This document shows positions 16,622 through 21,851 of a DNA stretch of 21,851 bases, in pieces. This DNA comes from Candidatus Heimdallarchaeota archaeon (GTDB lineage Archaea > Asgardarchaeota > Wukongarchaeia > Wukongarchaeales > JBHIFL01). Location: contig JBHIFL010000068.1 in assembly GCA_046761065.1 (NCBI GenBank), positions 1 through 21,851 of the forward strand, in the 5' to 3' direction. A program made the translations under genes and the position numbers. Each line of letters starts with the position of its first letter. Position 1 is the stretch's first letter. The notes under the pieces were generated by a model that saw nothing but the letters and a program-made list of their open reading frames with translations, searched no databases and was not told the origin of the DNA.

Positions 16622-19162
16622 ATGACGCAACAGGATATCCTGGCAAAGTTAGGGCTCTCCGAGTCCGAACAAAAAGCGTACATCACGCTACTTGCAATGG
16701 GGCAGTTGAGTGAGGGTGAACTTGCGAAATTCTCAAATATAAGGGTACAAGAAGTCATAGGGATTCTTTCCCAACTCAAAGAAAAAGGGCTTGCTCACGA
16801 GATCCATGGCATTACCGCCAAATGGGTTGCATCCTATCCGTTTAAAGACATGTCAGAAAGTATTGCTCACTTAAGGACGGATCTCGCAGCCCTAAGCTCC
16901 GACCTTGATGCAGTTTTAAAAAACCGTGTGACAGAATACCAGTCCTACTCTGAACAAACTCGGAAAGAGATGGAAGAATCATTAGATCGAACGAAACGCA
17001 CGATAAAGATCAGCACTGATACCATGAAGGAAGACTTTGAAAAGTTCACTGATTCAATTGTAGAAAAATCAAATGGAATTTTAAAAAACGAAGAAAGCCA
17101 GCTTATTCAAACAATAAAGACAACCCTAGATGCAGAGAAAACACAATTATCCGATATACGAGCGCGAAACCAAGTAGCGTTAGAAGAAGCAACTACTAGT
17201 GTGACAACTGCGGTTTCCACGGGAAAAGAACAGGTCAAGCAGCAAACAGCTCATGTGAGGACCTCCCTTATATCAAGCGTGGATGATTTTGAGGCGAAAA
17301 CACGAGCCAATGCGACAACCCACCTAGATAACGCAACAACCACCTTAGAGCAGGGGAGTGTCACCTTGAATGACGTACTTACTTCCAGCTTCCAAAATTT
17401 CAATATGGCCCTTGAAGAACTCCAAACGAAGCTCGAAACGATGGCAAAGGAACAATCACGAGCGATGACGGGTGTTGGAAACACAGTAAAAACAAATGCC
17501 ATGGGATTCGCAGAGAAACGGCAGTCAGACATTCACACTTTTTTAGGGTCAGTCAGAGATCAAAACGCTGCAATTATGGAACAACACTCTACGACTCTAC
17601 GAGAGAGAGCAGATCAAACCCACAAAAGATTAATTGCAAAGGCGAATCAAGAATTAAACCAACTTCGGATGACTGCGAACACTGTTATTGAGAATCTTCA
17701 ATCTAACGCGACCACGATTGTCCAAGCACTTGAAAGCAAAGTCACACAATTACTACAAACGTTTCAAGAAACAATGAGCGCAGGAGTAGCTGAGTTTAAT
17801 ACTACTCTACAACAACAAGGGAGTACCTTTGGGGAGCAGGTGGAATCCTCCCTTCAAAGTTTTGAGACTACTTTGACGAACACAACCCAAGAGTTTGCTA
17901 CAGGAATGTCATCTCTTGTAGGAGAAATCGACACCCGATCCAAAGAAGCGGTGGAACAACTCGTTACTGAACAACTCCAAACCGCAGATGGTGAAACCAC
18001 ACAGTTTAAGGAACAAATTGAAGCGACAATTAACCAAGGAACAGAACAAACCGAGCAACTATCATCGAGTTTTCGGGAGGAGTCTCAAAACCTTTTCAAG
18101 GGCTCATCAGACGAGGTTCAGGAAATTATAACCTCTGCTAAGGGGACTATTTCGCAACTTGCTGAGCAAGTACGGCAATCTCACAAGCAGGCGATTACAG
18201 ACCACCTAGAACGCTTAGGTTCAATTGTTGCTGAACAGAAAGAGGTGGTAAATACCAATACTGCAGAACTTGAAACTTCCCTTGAAGCCAACCTCACCAC
18301 GCATGCTAATACAATCGATACAACCACTCAGACACTTCAACAAACGTTTAACAACCTAGTTACGAACGGGCACACCGCCATTGATACGGTTCAGCAAGAG
18401 CTTGCCGAGACAATCCAGCAAGCCACAACACAACTTGCTGAGCAAATCAGGATGAATACCAGTAGTCTCCAGGATAAGGCAATTGACACAATGAATGAAA
18501 GCTTTTCAACTTCAATGCAAGCTATTGATACTACCGAGACTACAATCGGGACGGGAATTAAAGAACAGATCAATACCCTAATCGGAAAATTACAAGACTT
18601 CTCAGAGCAGTTTGCGAATAAAGTTCAAGGTGTTTCAGACATTGTTGGAAATACAGAGACGGCGTTAGGCACTTTATGGGATATTGTCCAAACTTATGAC
18701 CGTAAACCACTCTTTACTGCTGTCTTACTGGGAAAAGAATCTATCATTTCGTATATGGAGAAGATGCTCAAGGAGGTTAAATCAACCATCACTCTAGTCA
18801 CACCCTCATATCAGTTCCTTCCAGTAGATGCAATCAAAGCGGTTAAAAGTGCAGTCAGAGTCTCGATTTTAACTACCGTGGATCCAATGGATCCAAGCGA
18901 CCGTGAGTTCATTCAAGATCTTTATCAACAAGAGAATGTCCGTGTTAGGACCATTCAACGCGAACGAATCGAGTATTGGGGAGCTGATAGGGACTCAGAA
19001 GAGGTAGTACTTGCTCCGGCTGAACCGGAACGACCAGATGCAGAGCTGGTAGGTGTAGCTACTCAAACAAAAGGTTTCATTGATCTTCTAAGCAAGGTAA
19101 CAGTTGGGTCTTATTTAATGGGAATGAGCAAGGAGATTAGTCGAAGAGAAGTCGATATGTAA
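16622..19162 (+). CDS. 846-aa protein: TrmB-like wHTH, about 620-aa hendecad helical region, TrmB-C/PLD-like domain
   Basis: LAKLGLSESEQKAYITLL...ELAKFSNI...LSQLKEKGLA is a TrmB wHTH. There is no Pro between residues 73 and 696. The C-terminus GKESIISYMEKMLKEVKSTITLVTP...VRVSILT...DSEEVVLAP fits the TrmB effector/PLD-like fold and lacks HKD. Confidence 0.85.
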   Translation: MTQQDILAKLGLSESEQKAYITLLAMGQLSEGELAKFSNIRVQEVIGILSQLKEKGLAHEIHGITAKWVASYPFKDMSESIAHLRTDLAALSSDLDAVLKNRVTEYQSYSEQTRKEMEESLDRTKRTIKISTDTMKEDFEKFTDSIVEKSNGILKNEESQLIQTIKTTLDAEKTQLSDIRARNQVALEEATTSVTTAVSTGKEQVKQQTAHVRTSLISSVDDFEAKTRANATTHLDNATTTLEQGSVTLNDVLTSSFQNFNMALEELQTKLETMAKEQSRAMTGVGNTVKTNAMGFAEKRQSDIHTFLGSVRDQNAAIMEQHSTTLRERADQTHKRLIAKANQELNQLRMTANTVIENLQSNATTIVQALESKVTQLLQTFQETMSAGVAEFNTTLQQQGSTFGEQVESSLQSFETTLTNTTQEFATGMSSLVGEIDTRSKEAVEQLVTEQLQTADGETTQFKEQIEATINQGTEQTEQLSSSFREESQNLFKGSSDEVQEIITSAKGTISQLAEQVRQSHKQAITDHLERLGSIVAEQKEVVNTNTAELETSLEANLTTHANTIDTTTQTLQQTFNNLVTNGHTAIDTVQQELAETIQQATTQLAEQIRMNTSSLQDKAIDTMNESFSTSMQAIDTTETTIGTGIKEQINTLIGKLQDFSEQFANKVQGVSDIVGNTETALGTLWDIVQTYDRKPLFTAVLLGKESIISYMEKMLKEVKSTITLVTPSYQFLPVDAIKAVKSAVRVSILTTVDPMDPSDREFIQDLYQQENVRVRTIQRERIEYWGADRDSEEVVLAPAEPERPDAELVGVATQTKGFIDLLSKVTVGSYLMGMSKEISRREVDM

Positions 19163-19180
19163 TTAAACGAACACTTACTT

Positions 19181-19199
19181 CTATCCTTTTTCTCTTTTT
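19181..19199 (+). terminator. Pyrimidine/oligo-T tract, putative archaeal terminator
   Basis: CTATCCTTTTTCTCTTTTT about 20 nt after the stop codon, between convergent genes. Confidence 0.4.
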
Positions 19200-19324
19200 A
19201 ATATGTAGAACCATTCAACTGATTGTTTTTTAGCTGTAGAATCAAAATTTATAAAACCAGTGGGAATTTTTTTTCAGTCAAATTGAATAATTAACTGATA
19301 TACCGGGAGATCGAACTTTTATTC

Positions 19325-20305
19325 TTAAGAATTCTTAGAAGAGCCATGTTCGTGAAGAGAGATTGTGCAGATCATCCCTACAAGGGCAATAAGGATCGGA
19401 CCGATCATATTGGAAAGCACATCTACGACTACCATAGCAGCTCGTGAGACGCCCAAGAAATCCAAGATTACGATGGTGGGAACAAGAGAAGTGCCGAACC
19501 CAAAAGGCACCATCGTTAGAATTGTAATAATCAAACGCAATGACAAAATAAGCACAGTAAGCCCAAATGAAATTGCAATTTCAGCACTTTTCAATATAAG
19601 GCTGAAGGCAGCAAATTCTAAGAGCCATCGAGCACCTGTTAAACATGCAACTGTAAATAAGGTGACTTTTTTCTGGCTATAAAAGCGAATCGTCCTGATA
19701 TAATCCTCTAGGATCGCTCGGATTTCCTGTCTAAGCTTTACTACTCGGCTTCTAAAAATAATATTTAGCAATCTACTCATGAAGTCTGCCATTTTTTCGC
19801 TAGTAGATGGAAACAATAAAAAAAAGAACAATAGAATAAGGATAATAGTGCATAAAGCTAATGTTGGTTCGAGCCAATCGATATTGATCAATCCTGAGAT
19901 TGAAAAACTCGAAACAGTAGCTGCGACAAGTACTATTGCAACATCATATATACGATAAAAAACGACAAACGACGCACCGTCTCCAATAGGAATTCCAACA
20001 TACCGCCTTGACACTTCAAGACCCGCCAGATCCCCCGTCTTCGAAGGAAAACTCACTGAAAGCCCGTAATTCACCGCAAAAACTGGAAAAAGTTTTGAGA
20101 CAGAAATTGTTGTATGCTTTCCTTTGACTAAAATAACCCATCGTAGAAATTTAATCGCATAACTCACGCTCATTAATATCACTGAACCAAGAAAGTAAGA
20201 TAGAGAGATGCTTCGAAGTACATCTAGGACGCGAGCGGTGCCAACCCACCAAAGAACATACAAAAAGATTATTAATCCAACGGCTGTTGGAATAAACCGC
20301 TTCAC
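19325..20305 (-). CDS. UPF0104 / lysylphosphatidylglycerol-synthase TM domain (flippase-like) membrane protein
   Basis: KFLRWVILV, FPSKTGDL, FYRIYD and PFGFGT motifs, with about 8 TM helices. Confidence 0.88.
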   Translation of the reverse strand: MKRFIPTAVGLIIFLYVLWWVGTARVLDVLRSISLSYFLGSVILMSVSYAIKFLRWVILVKGKHTTISVSKLFPVFAVNYGLSVSFPSKTGDLAGLEVSRRYVGIPIGDGASFVVFYRIYDVAIVLVAATVSSFSISGLINIDWLEPTLALCTIILILLFFFLLFPSTSEKMADFMSRLLNIIFRSRVVKLRQEIRAILEDYIRTIRFYSQKKVTLFTVACLTGARWLLEFAAFSLILKSAEIAISFGLTVLILSLRLIITILTMVPFGFGTSLVPTIVILDFLGVSRAAMVVVDVLSNMIGPILIALVGMICTISLHEHGSSKNS

Positions 20306-20468
20306 TGTTAGTTCTTCCTTTTTACCCTTTCTATTTCTTTTCTAAGTTGGTTACCTTAGAATAATATAATGGGCTTCAGCGATGAGAAACTTTTTAAAAA
20401 GGATTTATCTTTTTTTAAAACGGTTCAGCTGGATTCATGCTCCAAGAATCTGATTAACACATATGGAA

Positions 20469-21821
20469 TCAGCCGTGTTTTTCAAATTTGGTCAGAGCAT
20501 CTATAATTTCACGAGGTATAGTCCTTTGTGTAAATTCTTGTAATGTTGGCAGCTGTTCCCCGGTTTTGAGACGCTTTTCTGTCCGATCACAAAGGAACAG
20601 AGAAATCAGTGAGAATGCGGCCTCAACGTTTTCACCTGTTTTTGCCGAAGTTTCGATGTAGGGGCATTGAAGCTCATGAACAAACGTCTCAATATCGTCG
20701 GCTTTGATATCTCTTTTTTCTCCTAGATCAATCTTGTTTCCTAAGAGGATAATGGCGGTCGATTCACCAGCATATTTCCTTGTTTGCTCGTACCAGCTCT
20801 TCACATTTACAAATGATTTGCGGTTTGTGATATCAAAGGTAATAAAACAAGCATGAGTTCCTCTGAAATAGGCTTTTCGCACGCGAGCAAACTGCTCTTG
20901 TCCCCCCATATCGTGAATACTCAACTTCATCGTGGTTTCTTGATCAGGAAATCTAACAATCTTAGTCATTATATTAACGCCTAAAGTTGCTTTATAATCT
21001 TCATTAAAAGCGTTCTCTACAAATCGTCGTACTAACGAGGTTTTACCAACGGCTTCATCACCCACAATAGCTAGTTTTGCTAAATAATTACCAGGTTTAA
21101 TTTCAAGATATCTAATTTGGTCGGCCTTTGGTTTTATGCTAGGCGGTAACTCTTCTATATCCAAGATGGGGATATCTAACGTCACGCTTCGGTCGTCCAT
21201 AATTCGCCACAGTTTTTCAGCTGCCAATAAACTGTATGCCAGAGTTTGTTCAGTTGGAACACGGATGTTTGAAATTGCAACAAGAGATAGATCGGATCCT
21301 GCCCTTGCAAATACAAATCGAAAATAACCAAGCTCAAATACTCCCGTTCCGAGCGAAGTGAGGTCAAAACTCCTTATAATACCATCAATTATTTGGTAAA
21401 CCATAACTTCCATCATATCGATTTTATCGTCAGGTATGTCAGGAGCAGGTTTAATTCCAATATTGGTTCCTTCCCTATCCAATACCAAAACACAAGTAAT
21501 TTCTGGCACGATGCCAATGAAATTTGTAAGTAGTGTGTCAATATCTTTTGCTTTTTCTTTGGGAATCCGTTGATGCGACGAGGCCACAATAGCTCCGACG
21601 ATACTGTCCCCAGTGACTTGCCCACGAACTTGGATTCTGCCTTTCGCTGTTGTTAAGAAAAAAATCGTAGAATGTCCCCTGTGTGGCACTTCCACCTTGA
21701 AAATCCCACCCTTACTCTTTGCCTTCAATTCTTCAAGGACTACCTGTAAATAGAGCTTTTCTTTGCACTTTTCACACACTGCAAAGACAGATAATCTATT
21801 GGTATTAGTTGGCATCGACAT
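20469..21821 (-). CDS. Fusion: CxxC/HxxH putative Zn domain + roadblock/LAMTOR-like domain + Rab-like small GTPase
   Basis: G1 GDEAVGKTS, G2 YKATLG, G3 DMGGQE, G4 NKID, G5 SAKTG. Roadblock-like pattern IDTLLTNF...EITCVLVLDREGTNI...FVFARAGSDLSLVAIS. N-terminal CEKC...HRGH. Confidence 0.9.
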   Translation of the reverse strand: MSMPTNTNRLSVFAVCEKCKEKLYLQVVLEELKAKSKGGIFKVEVPHRGHSTIFFLTTAKGRIQVRGQVTGDSIVGAIVASSHQRIPKEKAKDIDTLLTNFIGIVPEITCVLVLDREGTNIGIKPAPDIPDDKIDMMEVMVYQIIDGIIRSFDLTSLGTGVFELGYFRFVFARAGSDLSLVAISNIRVPTEQTLAYSLLAAEKLWRIMDDRSVTLDIPILDIEELPPSIKPKADQIRYLEIKPGNYLAKLAIVGDEAVGKTSLVRRFVENAFNEDYKATLGVNIMTKIVRFPDQETTMKLSIHDMGGQEQFARVRKAYFRGTHACFITFDITNRKSFVNVKSWYEQTRKYAGESTAIILLGNKIDLGEKRDIKADDIETFVHELQCPYIETSAKTGENVEAAFSLISLFLCDRTEKRLKTGEQLPTLQEFTQRTIPREIIDALTKFEKHG

Positions 21822-21851
21822 TTCTCCCTATGTGCAGCAATCCACCACGAA

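Noticed and set aside
16622-19162. SMC/Rad50, chemoreceptor or active phospholipase D assignment for the 846-aa protein
   Set aside because: There is no Walker A/B or hinge, no MCP hairpin signature or TM segment, and no HKD motif.
175-21625. Short antisense or nested ORFs (e.g. 467-745, 2671-2895, 3828-4097, 9575-9817, 17251-17532, 19365-19682, 21136-21327, 21413-21625)
   Set aside because: They are shadows of better-supported genes and have no motifs of their own.

Overview
This window looks like chromosomal DNA from an Asgard archaeon. That is an inference from a roadblock-Rab-like GTPase fusion, archaeal Shine-Dalgarno motifs, frequent TTG starts and several Asgard-style multidomain proteins. 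Intact, chromosomal-looking genes sit at about 2650-5630 (VIT1/CCC1 transporter, SNAP/TPR-like + Ig-like + coiled-coil protein and a coupled partner) and at about 13970-21820 (ModE-TOBE, zinc-ribbon membrane protein, DUF2085, HhH protein, 846-aa TrmB-wHTH/hendecad-helix/PLD-like protein, UPF0104 flippase-like protein, Zn-domain-roadblock-Rab-like GTPase). Two accessory, decaying zones lie at about 1-2650 and 5630-13960. They hold three PIN/VapC toxin genes that are all broken, two intact antitoxins, an intact MNT-HEPN pair, an unknown coupled three-gene operon, an intact short Tag glycosylase, an AlkC-like pseudogene missed by the ORF track, and a subtilase cut off after its catalytic Asp. The strongest candidates for undescribed biology are (i) the HhH + TrmB-split protein pair, whose two TrmB domains are separated by 622 proline-free residues with 11-residue periodicity, (ii) the three-domain roadblock-Rab-like fusion, and (iii) the SNAP-like/Ig protein. 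I found no rRNA, tRNA, CRISPR array, integrase or intact transposase. All family calls come from reading motifs by eye; no searches were run.
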